A DNA stretch of 63,096 nt, the filler included, from Chiloscyllium plagiosum (lineage: Eukaryota): the NCBI RefSeq assembly GCF_004010195.1. It is 5 parts of one record of this genome, joined end to end, with 100 filler letters (N's around TTAATTAATTAA, not from the genome) between each part and the next. Parts side by side here need not be neighbours in the genome. Positions count along the whole stretch, not along the records: positions 42,400 to 58,693 come from NC_057711.1; positions 58,794 to 63,096 come from NC_057711.1; 3 more parts are not named here. The stretch is one strand, 5' to 3'. Every line of letters begins with the position of its first letter. The stretch's first letter is position 1. This document shows, one piece after another, positions 53,151-63,096 of the stretch. A model generated the notes under the pieces. That model ran no database searches. It saw only the letters and a list, made by a program, of their open reading frames with translations, and was not told the DNA's origin. The position numbers and the translations under genes are program-made.

Positions 53151-55223
53151 CTTTTTTTAAAACCATTCTCGGAAAGTCATTGGATAGGCCAGCAATTATT
53201 GCTCATACAGAATTGCCCTAGAGGTGGTAGTGGTGAGCTGCCTTCTTGAGCCTTCTGTCATGACCCATGACAGGGAAAGAACAGTAATATATTTCCACAT
53301 CAGGGTGGCTTGAGACTTGGAAGGAAAATTGCAGGTGGCAGTATTCTGATGAACTTGCTGCCCTTGTCCCTCTATTGATAGAGGTTGTATGTTTCGAAGG
53401 TGTGGACTGTGGAGTCTTGGGGAGTTAAATTAAGATGGCTAAATAACTGGAAGGGTGAGAAGATTGTTTTTGAAAACTGATCTGGAATGCACTGCTAGAA
53501 AACGCAGTGGAAGCTGATTCAATACAAAACTTTAAAAAGAAATTTGATAAATATCTGAAGGGGAAGAGTTGCAGAGCTACGAGGAAAGGGTGGGGGAATG
53601 GGACTGGCTGAATAGGCTCTTTCAAAAGGCAGCAAAGACCTGGCTGAATGGCTTTTTTTCCCCACAAGAGATCCCATGGCAGAGAGTGTCACTGTTGTAA
53701 TATGGGAAGCATGGCAGTCATTTATGCACAGCAAGATCCTATGCAAAATAATGTGGTAATTACCAGATAAACTAGCATTGATGATGTTTGCTAACAACGA
53801 CAAATATTCATATAGAGCCTTTTACATAATGAAGCATCCAAGATACTTCCCAGGCCCATTACAAGTCAAAGCATGATAATAAGCCAAAGTAGTACAAAAA
53901 CTAGTTCACATGACTAAATATTAAGCTTTACAGAACATCATGAATGTGGAAGGAGAGGTAGACAGTTAGTCAGGAGATAGAGAATTCCAGTTCATCGAGC
54001 CCAGGCATTGGAAGGCATGGCCACCAATTAATCAACTAAAATCTTGGATGCTCAACAGCAAAACTTCACTGAACGCAGAGATCCCAGAGGTTCAGGGCAC
54101 AGAAGGTCTCAAAGATAGGGAAAGGTGAGGCATTTAAGGGTTTTTTAAAAAAGAGGGTAAGAGTTTTATAATCAAAATGTTACTTCTTCAGATGCCAATG
54201 TGAGCACAGTGCTGAATGGGAGACAAGACCGTTGCTGATTCAGACCTGAGCAGTATTGAAATTACCTCAAATTTATGGAGTGTAGAATATGAGAGATCAA
54301 CGAGCATGGCGATCTGACTAACTAGCAATCCAGAACCCCAGGCTAACTTTCTGAGGATGTAGACTCTAATTCCACTATGACAGATGGTGGAATTTCCCCC
54401 ATGGATTCAATTTTTAAAATTAGAGAGTAAAAAGCTAGTCTTATCTACTGTTGATTGTTGTTAAAAACTTTAATGCCCTTTCAAGGAAGTAAGTCTGCCA
54501 ATCTTACATGGTCTGGCCTAGATGCAAGACCAGACCCACAGCAATGTATGGTTTATTGTTAACTGCCTTTTGGGCAATTAGGATGGGGTTTTAAATGCTG
54601 GCCTAGTTAACAATGCCACAACACAAATGAACAAATAAACATGTGCATGGTGGAAGAGTGAATTTTGGAAGCAAATACAGGTAATCTGGGTTTCAGTAGC
54701 AAATGTGTTGTACAGGGCAAATCAAGCAATGTTACAGAGGTGGAAATAGGCAGTATTAATGTATATATTGCTGCCAGAGCACTAGGTTGAATTCAAGGGG
54801 CTGAACAGTCCACTGCCAATCTTAAAAAGGAATTAATTGCACATGAAGTACTTTTGGATGTCCTAAGGATATTATGAAGGTGCGGTGTAAATGCAGGTTC
54901 TTTCTAAACTTAATATTATAGAAACCAATTTGCTGGAATATTTTCCTGTTGTTACCGGTTACACTGTGAGCTATAAAATCTATACTCAGCATGGGGAATG
55001 TACAAGGGAGATTCATGGCAACAATCCAGTTATGCAGGATGCTATGCAACGCCAAAAATAGAGTGAACTGCAGCAGCACCACACCTAATGATGAAAAGAG
55101 TGAAAGAAGATGCTGTACAAACAACTGGAATTGACAGGTCTCAGAATGATTTGGTGCCAGTAGCATCACCAAGTGACGTGACTGCATTAGGACTGTGATG
55201 ATAGCAAATCTAGCGGTGATACA

Positions 55224-55662
55224 AAGACATGCATTTCTATAGCACCTTTCACAACCTCAGCACGTTCAAAAACACTTGATTGACTGGAAAATGTTTTGGA
55301 AGTATTATATTGTTGCAATGCAGAAATGGGGTGCCCAAACATGCACAGCAAAATCCAACAAACCAAAAATATGATGATGCCTAGATAATCTGTCACAGTG
55401 ATGTTGGTTGAGGATAAACATTGGCACGCTGTTCTCTGTATAGCGCCATGAAATATTTTACGTCCAAATGAGAGGTAAGACAGTGCCTCAGATTAACATG
55501 TTATTTAAAAGAAAGGCAGCTCTGACAGTGCAGACCTCCCTCAAGGAGTGCACCAGAAGTGTCAATCAGGGTTTTGTGCTCAAAGCTCTGGAATGGGAAT
55601 TCAATCACAATCTGAAGATTCAGAAATGAGGGTGCCTTCCACTGAACCTCAGCTGACACCTG
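55224..55662 (-). mobile_element. DeuSINE/SacSINE1-like element, near full length
   Basis: Related copies at about 13840, 29985, 49980 and 56420; tRNA-like head at the right end. Family name from recall. Confidence 0.6.
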
Positions 55663-56576
55663 CTAGACTAACAAGGAGTGTCTGGTCCAAGCCATTGAGA
55701 AGATTTTTACACTGTATCGTCCATAAACTTCATTTCCTAATCACTGACTCCATCCTTCACTCTAGCAAGTGTCTGACGTTGCCCTAGACTATTTGCAACT
55801 GCAGTGTCATATTTGATTATGTTAAGCTTCTAATCAAATATCTGATTCAACACCTGCCTCAGCTTACTTGCTGCTGTGACCATCTTCCATGTCCTTGTTA
55901 CCTCTAGACTCAATAATTAAAACACACGCGACTAGCTTTCTACATCCTATCCTTTAAAGTTGAGATTATCGAAAAATCTGCTCGAATTCAAATTCAGTCT
56001 CATTCGTTCTTTGGGTGCTATGCAATCTGCCCAGGTTCCCATTTACACAATGTCATAATTATAAAAAATGTCATTCTTGTTTTGATATACCTCCATGACC
56101 CAATACCTTCTGCAAACTTCTCTAATCTACAACTGAGATCTCTACATTCCTCCAATCTGACTTGTTGAACAGCCTGATTTTAGTTGCTCCATCACTGGTG
56201 GCAATGCTTCAAAATCTTTCCAGCTGTCATCTTCCGAAACAGAAACACATCACTTTGAACAAGTTATCAGTGATATGGGCCCCATGTTGAATTTTGTTTG
56301 ATAATCTGTGAAGCTCCTTGAAAATTACACTAAAGGCACAATATAAATGTAACTTGTTGTGGAGACGCCAAAAGATCTCTGCAGATAATACAACTTTGCT
56401 TCGCATAAACTTTGCTTGGATGGAAGAAAGGCGAGCATGTCTGCGGCACCTTTCATGACCACCAAATGTCTCAAAGTGAAAAATTGTTGATGTACTTTCA
56501 ACACAAAAGTCACTCTTGAAATGTAACAGCTAACGTGTGCACAAAGCGTTCCCACAAATACCAGTGTGATTGTGAC

Positions 56577-56696
56577 CGGATTTCGGCCCGAAACGTTGAC
56601 TTTCCTGCTCCTCGGATGCTGTCTGACCTGCTGTGCTTTTCCACCTTCACATTTACGGACTCTGGCTTCCAGCATCTGCAGTCCTCACTGTCTCCC
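56577..56696 (+). mobile_element. 5'-truncated PLE terminal-repeat fragment
   Basis: GGCCCGAAACGTTGAC..CCTGCTCCTCGGATGCTG..CCAGCATCTGCAGTCCTCAC, as in the other copies. Confidence 0.75.
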
Positions 56697-56804
56697 TGTC
56701 TTTTGTGATGTCGATTGAGGGATGAATATTGGCCACGAACCCAGAAGAACCTGAGGGAGCACCCTTGCTTTTCTTTAAAGTGCTGCCATGAGATTTTTTA
56801 CATC

Positions 56805-57103
56805 AGGTTAGGCCCTTTGGCCCAACAAGTTCACACCACACCTCCGAAGAGTAACTCACCCAGACCCATTTCTCCCCCCCGCCCCTGACTAATGCACTTA
56901 ACACTATGAGCAATTTAGCATGGCCAATTCACCTGACCTACACATCTTTGGATTGTGGGAAGAAACCGGAGCACCCAAAGGAAACCCATACTGACACGGG
57001 GAGAATGTGCAAACTCTACACAGACAGTCGCCCGAGGCTGTAATCAAACCTGGGTCCCTGGTGATGTGAGACAACAGTGCTAACCACTGAACCACTTGCC
57101 ACC
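56805..57103 (-). mobile_element. HE1-like SINE
   Basis: Colinear with 12782-13080. Confidence 0.85.
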
Positions 57104-57929
57104 CAAAATACCTCATCCCAAAAGATGACACCTATGACAGTACTGCATTGGTAGCAGCAACCTGGACTTTTGACATCTAAACTGAAACTGGCTCTAAAAA
57201 GGGGCAATGATTTGTTATTTTCACAAGAGCTTTGGCTGGATGCAGATTGCATGTGTCTGCAAATTAACATTCTAATTTAAACACAAGAAATTTAAATTAA
57301 TAGTGTCCACTTTATAAAGTGGCTTGCAACAGCTTTTACTTAACCATAACAATTTTAGTTTACACATCTCAAATCCCTTCACAATGACTCTGTCACATTT
57401 TGTTTCATAATGCTAAACTGTAGGACATACTAGGTTGGACAAAAACCCTAAAAGGTTTGACAATAAATATGGATTTTTTTGGCCCCATAAAGAGAAGGAC
57501 ATCGATGATGACAAGTGGCCAGAATTGCCAAGATCTGAGCATCATAAAGAAAACACAGAGTTTCCTGCAGGACCTGTCCTGACATCAGAATGTGCTAGGT
57601 CTTCTAAAGAGGAAAGGAAACACTCATCTTTGAAGGAAATATTTATTAGTACACATTTTCATGAATAATGAACAGGTAAATGTATAACTCTTGTCAGACA
57701 AGTGACCCAACCACTACTGTCCTCATCTACGGTAGAATCCACTCTTGGGGCTTGCTGTGCATCAGGATTCAGCTGAAAATCTCATGTGTTTAAAAAGACA
57801 ACAATTTCTGTTGAAAATTTATACCATTTCAAGAAAATGCAATATGTCATGGGCTAAGTAATCATTGGCGGGCTTACTCCCAATTATTCCTGTTCTGATA
57901 AGCCTCTACATGAACTGTCAGAGGAAGTG

Positions 57930-58452
57930 GGAAATTGTGTATCACTAATTTGACTGAGTTCTTTTAAGAAGTGACAAAGAAGATTGATGAAGACAGAGCA
58001 GTCGATTTTGTCTATATGGACTTTAGGAAAGTGTTCAACAAGGTTCCACATGGTTAGCAAGGTTAGATCACACTGAATCAAGGGAGAGTTAGCTATTTGA
58101 ATACAAAATTGGCTGAAGGTAGGAGACAATGAGGGTTGCTTTTCAGGCCGGTAACCAGCAGTTTGCCACAAGGATCAGTATTGGGTCACTGCTTTTTGTC
58201 ACTTATATGAATGATGTGGATGTGCAAATAGGAGAAATGGTTAATAAGTTTGTAGATGACACCAAAATTGGTGGTATAGTGGACAGTGAAGAAATTCATC
58301 TCAGAGTACAATGGGATCTTGAGCAGATGGGCTGACGAGTGGCAGATGGAGTTTAGTTTAGATAAATGTGAAGTGTTGCATTTTGGTGAGGCAAATCAGG
58401 GCAGAATTTATGCACAATGATAGGGTCCTGGGAGGGTTGCTGAACAAAGAGA
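57930..58452 (+). mobile_element. CR1 RT fragment
   Basis: LLFVTYMNDVD...NKFVDDTKIGG. Confidence 0.88.
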
Positions 58453-58693
58453 CAATAGACAATAGGTGCAGGAGTAGGCCATTCAGCCCTTCGAGCCTGC
58501 ACCGCCATTCAATATAATCATGGCTGATCATTCCTAATCAGTATCCTGTTCCTGCCTTATCTCCATAACCCTTGATTCCACTATCTTTGAGAGCTCTATC
58601 CAACTCCTTCTTAAATGAATCCAGAGAGTGGGCCTCCACTGCCCCCTGTGGCAGAGCATTCCACACAGCCACCACTCACTGGGTGAAGAAGTT
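58453..58693 (-). mobile_element. CR1 3' end inserted into the preceding CR1
   Basis: (ACAATAG)2 tail; reverse complement encodes FFTQ*VVAVWNALP. Confidence 0.85.
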
Positions 58694-58793
58694 NNNNNNN
58701 NNNNNNNNNNNNNNNNNNNNNNNNNNNNNNNNNNNNNTTAATTAATTAANNNNNNNNNNNNNNNNNNNNNNNNNNNNNNNNNNNNNNNNNNNN
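58694..58793. other. Artificial assembly spacer
   Basis: 44N+TTAATTAATTAA+44N. Confidence 0.97.
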
Positions 58794-61550
58794 CAGGAAT
58801 ATACTGTCTCTGGACTCTCATTATCTCATTTTTGAAGGCTTCCCATTTTCCAGCCGTCCCTTTACCTGCAAACATCTGCTCCCAATTAGCTTTTGAAAGT
58901 TCTTGCCTAATGCTGTCAGTCTCTGGACTCTCATTATCTCATTTTTGAAGGCTTCCCATTTTCCAGCCGTCCCTTTACCTGCAAACATCTGCTCCCAATT
59001 AGCTTTTGAAAGTTCTTGCCTAATGCTGTCAAAATTAGCCTTCCTCCTATTTAGAACTTCAACTTTTAGATCTGGTCTATCCTTTTCCATCATTATTTTA
59101 AAACTAATAGAATTATGGTCATTGGCCCCAAAGTGGTCCCCCACTGACACCTCAGTCACCTGTCCTGCCTTATTTCCCAAGAGTAGGTCAAGTTTTGTCC
59201 CTTCTCTAGTAGGTACATCCACATACTGAATCAGAAAATGTTCTTATACACACTTAACAAACTCCTCTCCAGCTAAACCCTTAACACTATGGCAGTCACA
59301 GTCTATGTTTGGAAAGTTAAGATCCACTACTATTACCACCCTATTATTCTTCCAGATAATGTAGATCTCCTTACAAGTTTGTTTCTCAATTTCCCACTGT
59401 CTATTAGGGGGTCTATAATGCAATGCTAATAAGGTGATCATCCCTTTCTTATTAATCAGTTCCACCCAAATAACGTCCCTGGATGTATTTCCAGGAATAT
59501 CCTCCCTCAGTACAACTGTAATATTATCCCTTATCAAAAATGCCACTCCCCCTCCTCTCTTGCCTCTCTTTCTATCCTTCCTGCAGCATTTCTACCCTGG
59601 AACATTAAGCTGCCAGTCCTGCCCATCCCAGAGCCATGTTTCTGTAATTGTTATGATATCCCAGTCCCATGTTCCTAACCATGCCCTGAGTTCATCTGTC
59701 TTCCCTGTTCGGCCCCTTGCATTGAAATAAATGCAGATTAATTTATCAGTCCTACCTTGTTCCCCATTTTGTCCCTGCCAGCCCTGACTGACTCGCTTCT
59801 TTTCTCAACTGTACCCGTCTCAGATTGATCTCTTTTCTCACTATCTCCCTGGGACCCCTCCCCACCTTATTAGTTTAAATCATCCCGAGCAGCTCTAGCC
59901 AACCTCCCTGTCAGTATTTTAGTCCCCTTCCAATTCAGGTGCAATCAATCTATCCTTCTTGTACAGGTCACTTCTACCACAAAAGAGATTCTAATGATCC
60001 AAAAATGTGAATCCTTCTCCCATACACCAGCTCCTCAGCCATGCATTCATCTGCTCTATCGTCCTACTCTCACTAGCTTGTAGCACCAGGTGTAATCCAG
60101 ATATTACTACTCTCAAGGACCTCCTTTTTAAATTCCTGCCTAACTCTCTGTAATCTCCCTTCAGAATCCCAACCTTTTCCCTTCCTATATCGTTGGTTCC
60201 AATGTGGACAATGACCTCCTGCTGACCCCTCTCCCACTTGAGAACATTCTGCACCCTCTCTGAGACATCCTTGAGCCTGGCACCAGGGAAGCAACACACC
60301 ATTCTGATTTTTTGCTGTTGGCCACAGCAATGTCTGCCTGTGCCTTGGACTAGAGAGTCCCCTAACACAATTGATCTCTTGGAACCTGATGTACCCCCCA
60401 TTGCATTAGAGCCAGCCTCAATACCAGAAACTTGGCTGTTTGTGCTACATTCCACTAAGAATCCATCACCCCTTACATTTTCCAAAATAGCATACCTGTT
60501 TGAAATGGGGATAGCCACAGAAAACACCTGCACTACCTGCCTACCTCTCTTCCTTTCCCTGGAGTTAACCCATCTATGTAACTATATCTATGGTTTTTCT
60601 ATCTTCCCATAACTGCCATCCATCACGTCCCCTTGCTCTTGTAAATTCCTCATTGCCTCTAACTGTGTCTCCAATTGATCCATTCGATCTGGTAGGATTC
60701 ACAACCGACGGAATTTATTGCAGTTATAATCCTCAGTAACCCGTAAACTCTTCGTAAACTCCCACATCCGACAAGAAGAGGATATCACACTAGTAAGGGC
60801 CATTTTTGCTTCTTTCAACCTTCAGACCCAGAAAATAGCACTGTCTTATTCCTCTAAAAAACACTACTCTCGGCTAACTTAACATTTATGGCTTAGATTT
60901 TTAAGTTTAATCATGAGACATAGCTCAATAAAACATATAATCAAGAAAGAACCCACTCTACTCACTACTGCAGACTTACAGCAAGGCCATACTTCAAACT
61001 ATTCCCTTATCTGTTTCTGTGCTTTGACATCTCCCAATCAGGTTCCTCCAAGATTAGTTCTGAATTTCACTATTGCTTAATTTTCCCAGATACACTCCGA
61101 TGTCCAGCAAAGGCAGTAACTGTGTAGGTTCACTGCTGCGTCAGTAAGCAGTGAGGGTTTCTTTCTCTCTCTCTCTCTCTCCTGAACTGACCTCACCATG
61201 TGTTGTTTTGGTTACACTCCGATGTCCAGCGATACATGAATTCAACAGCAAAGGCAGTAACTGTGTAGGTTCACTGCTGTGTCAGTTAGCAGTGAGGGTT
61301 TCTTTCTCTCTCTCTCTCTCCTGAACTGACCTCACCATGTGTTGTTTTGGTCTGTGCCTCTCCCTTTTAAAAGTGCTATTGGTTTGACTTTTTTTTCTCC
61401 AAAGTTTCAAAACAATGCAACTGCATATAAAACAGTAATTGCTGCTCCTGGAATTCAAGGAAATCACCTCCAGCACCTAAAATACCTCAATAAAGGAGCA
61501 AACTGTTCAAGCCAGAAATGTTTCCCGTCCTCCACCTTGGATTACCAGAA
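58794..61550 (-). mobile_element. CR1 5' half: 5' UTR, disrupted ORF1 (start near 60803; degenerate Cys motif, coiled coil, SGNH/GDSL esterase domain) and ORF2 APE endonuclease
   Basis: IVLGDSLV, CFPGA and IVHIGTNDIG esterase blocks; YRPPN, VDLNFPNID and LDLLLGN..NDHNSI endonuclease motifs. Confidence 0.93.
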
Positions 61551-61554
61551 TCCT

Positions 61555-62856
61555 TTGTTTGAAAAGGGTATAAGAGATATGATTTATAATTAACCAGTGA
61601 AGAATAAACTGATTAGGGATAGTCAACACGGTTTTGTGAAGGGTTGGTCATGCCTCACAAAGCTTATTAAGTTTTTTGAGAAGGTGACCAAACAGGTGGA
61701 TGAGGGTAAACTGGTTGATGTGGTGTATATGGATTTCAGTAAGGAGTTTGATAAGGTTCCCTATGGTAGGCAGTTGCACAAAATATGGAGGCATCAGAAT
61801 GAGGATGATGTGGTGGTTTGGATCAGAAATTGGCGAGCAGAAAGAAGACAGAGGGTGGTGGTTGATGGGAAATGTTTATCCTGGGTTCAGATACAAGTGG
61901 TGTACCGCAAGGATCTGTTTTGGGTCCACTATCAGAATGAGGATGATGTGGTGGTTTGGATCAGAAATTGGCGAGCTGAAAGAAGACAGAGGGTGGTGGT
62001 TGATGGGAAATGTTTATCCTGGGGTTCAGATACAAGTGGTGAACCGCAAGGATCTGTTTTGGGTCCACTACTGTTTGTCATTTTAATAAATGAACTGCAT
62101 GAGGGTGTAGAAGAATGGGTTAGTAAATTTGCAGATGACAGTAAGGTAGGCAGAGTTATGAATAGTGCGGAAGGATGTTGCAGGTTACAGAAGGACTTAG
62201 ATAAGCTATGGAGCTGGACTGAGAGGTGGAAAATGGAGTTTAATGGGGAAAAGTGTGAGTTGATTCACTTTGGAAAGAGTAACAGGAATACAGAGTACTG
62301 GGCTAATGGTAAGAGTATTGGTAATGCGGACGAACAGAGAGATCTTAGGGTCCATGTGCATATATCCCTGAAAGTTGCTACCCAGGTTGATAGGATTGTG
62401 AAGAAGGCGTATGGCGTGTTAAGTTTTATTGGTAGTGGGTTTCGGAGCCATGAGGTCATGTTGCAGCCGTACAAAACTCTGGTGTAGCCACATTTGGAGT
62501 ATTGTATCCAGTTCTGGTCACTGCATTATAGGAAGGATGTGGAAGTTTTGGGAAGGTTTCAGAGGAGATTTACCAGGATGTTGCCTGATATGGAGGGAAG
62601 GTCTTATGAGGAAAGGCTGAGGAATTTGAGGCTGTTTTCATTGGAAAGAATAAGGTTAAGAGGTGACTTAATAGACACATACAAGATGATCAGAGAGTTA
62701 GATAGGATGGACAGTGAGAGCCTTTTTCCTTGGATGGTGATGACTAACATGAGGGGACATAGTTTTAAATTGAGAGGTGATAGATATAGGACAGATGTCA
62801 GAGGTGGTTTCTTTATTCAGAGAGTAGTAGGGGCATGGAATGCCCTGCCTGCAACA
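61555..62856 (+). mobile_element. CR1 RT to C-terminus with an internal tandem duplication
   Basis: [32 protein letters not shown]. Confidence 0.95.
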
Positions 62857-63096
62857 TAGAACATAGAACAGAGAAAATAGAAGAATACAGCGCAGTACAG
62901 GCCCTTCGGCCCTCGATGTTGCGCCGATCCAAGCCCACCTAACCTACACTAGCCCACTATCCTCCATATGCCTATCCAATGCCCGCATAAATGCCCATAA
63001 TGAGGGAGAGTCCACCACTGCTACTGGCAGGGCATTCCATGAACTCACGACTCGCTGAGTAAAGAACCTACCCCTAACATCTCTCCTATACCTACC
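62855..63096 (-). mobile_element. 3' end of another CR1 subfamily
   Basis: (ACATAGA)n tail; reverse complement encodes FFTQRVVSSWNALP. Confidence 0.88.

Noticed and set aside
58806..59031. Perfect 113-bp tandem duplication
   Set aside because: Identical copies at a contig edge; most likely an assembly overlap artefact.
59991..60533. Host GDSL/SGNH esterase gene or horizontal transfer
   Set aside because: The esterase domain is a known part of CR1 ORF1 and lies directly upstream of the CR1 endonuclease.

Overview
Eukaryotic, repeat-rich vertebrate DNA. HE1/V-SINE-like and DeuSINE-like SINEs plus abundant CR1 LINEs point to a cartilaginous fish (inference). Four artificial 100-bp spacers (44N+TTAATTAATTAA+44N) split the window into five pieces: 1-14880, 14981-24447, 24548-42299, 42400-58693 and 58794-63096. 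Genes: (1) ANP32B coding exons 2-4 on the minus strand (36383-36532, 28988-29110, 27128-27317); exon 1 and the acidic-tail exons were not found. (2) The first two coding exons and probable promoter of a MAMDC2-like secreted MAM-domain gene on the minus strand (11500-11530, 11159-11275), absent from the ORF track. (3) The probable 3' end of an unidentified plus-strand gene inside a GC-rich, minisatellite-laden piece (14981-24447) that may be misplaced. The rest is CR1, L2 and other LINE fragments, SINEs, Penelope-like element (PLE) remnants and three minisatellite families. The most notable signal is a set of PLE-derived mini-elements carrying minimal hammerhead-ribozyme motifs. Several are long fold-back palindromes with 13-14-bp target-site duplications (TSDs), two of which share AATATTTCA. 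Two minisatellites appear to derive from retroelement sequence. Repeat boundaries are approximate and read by eye. No CRISPR, rRNA or true tRNA genes were found.
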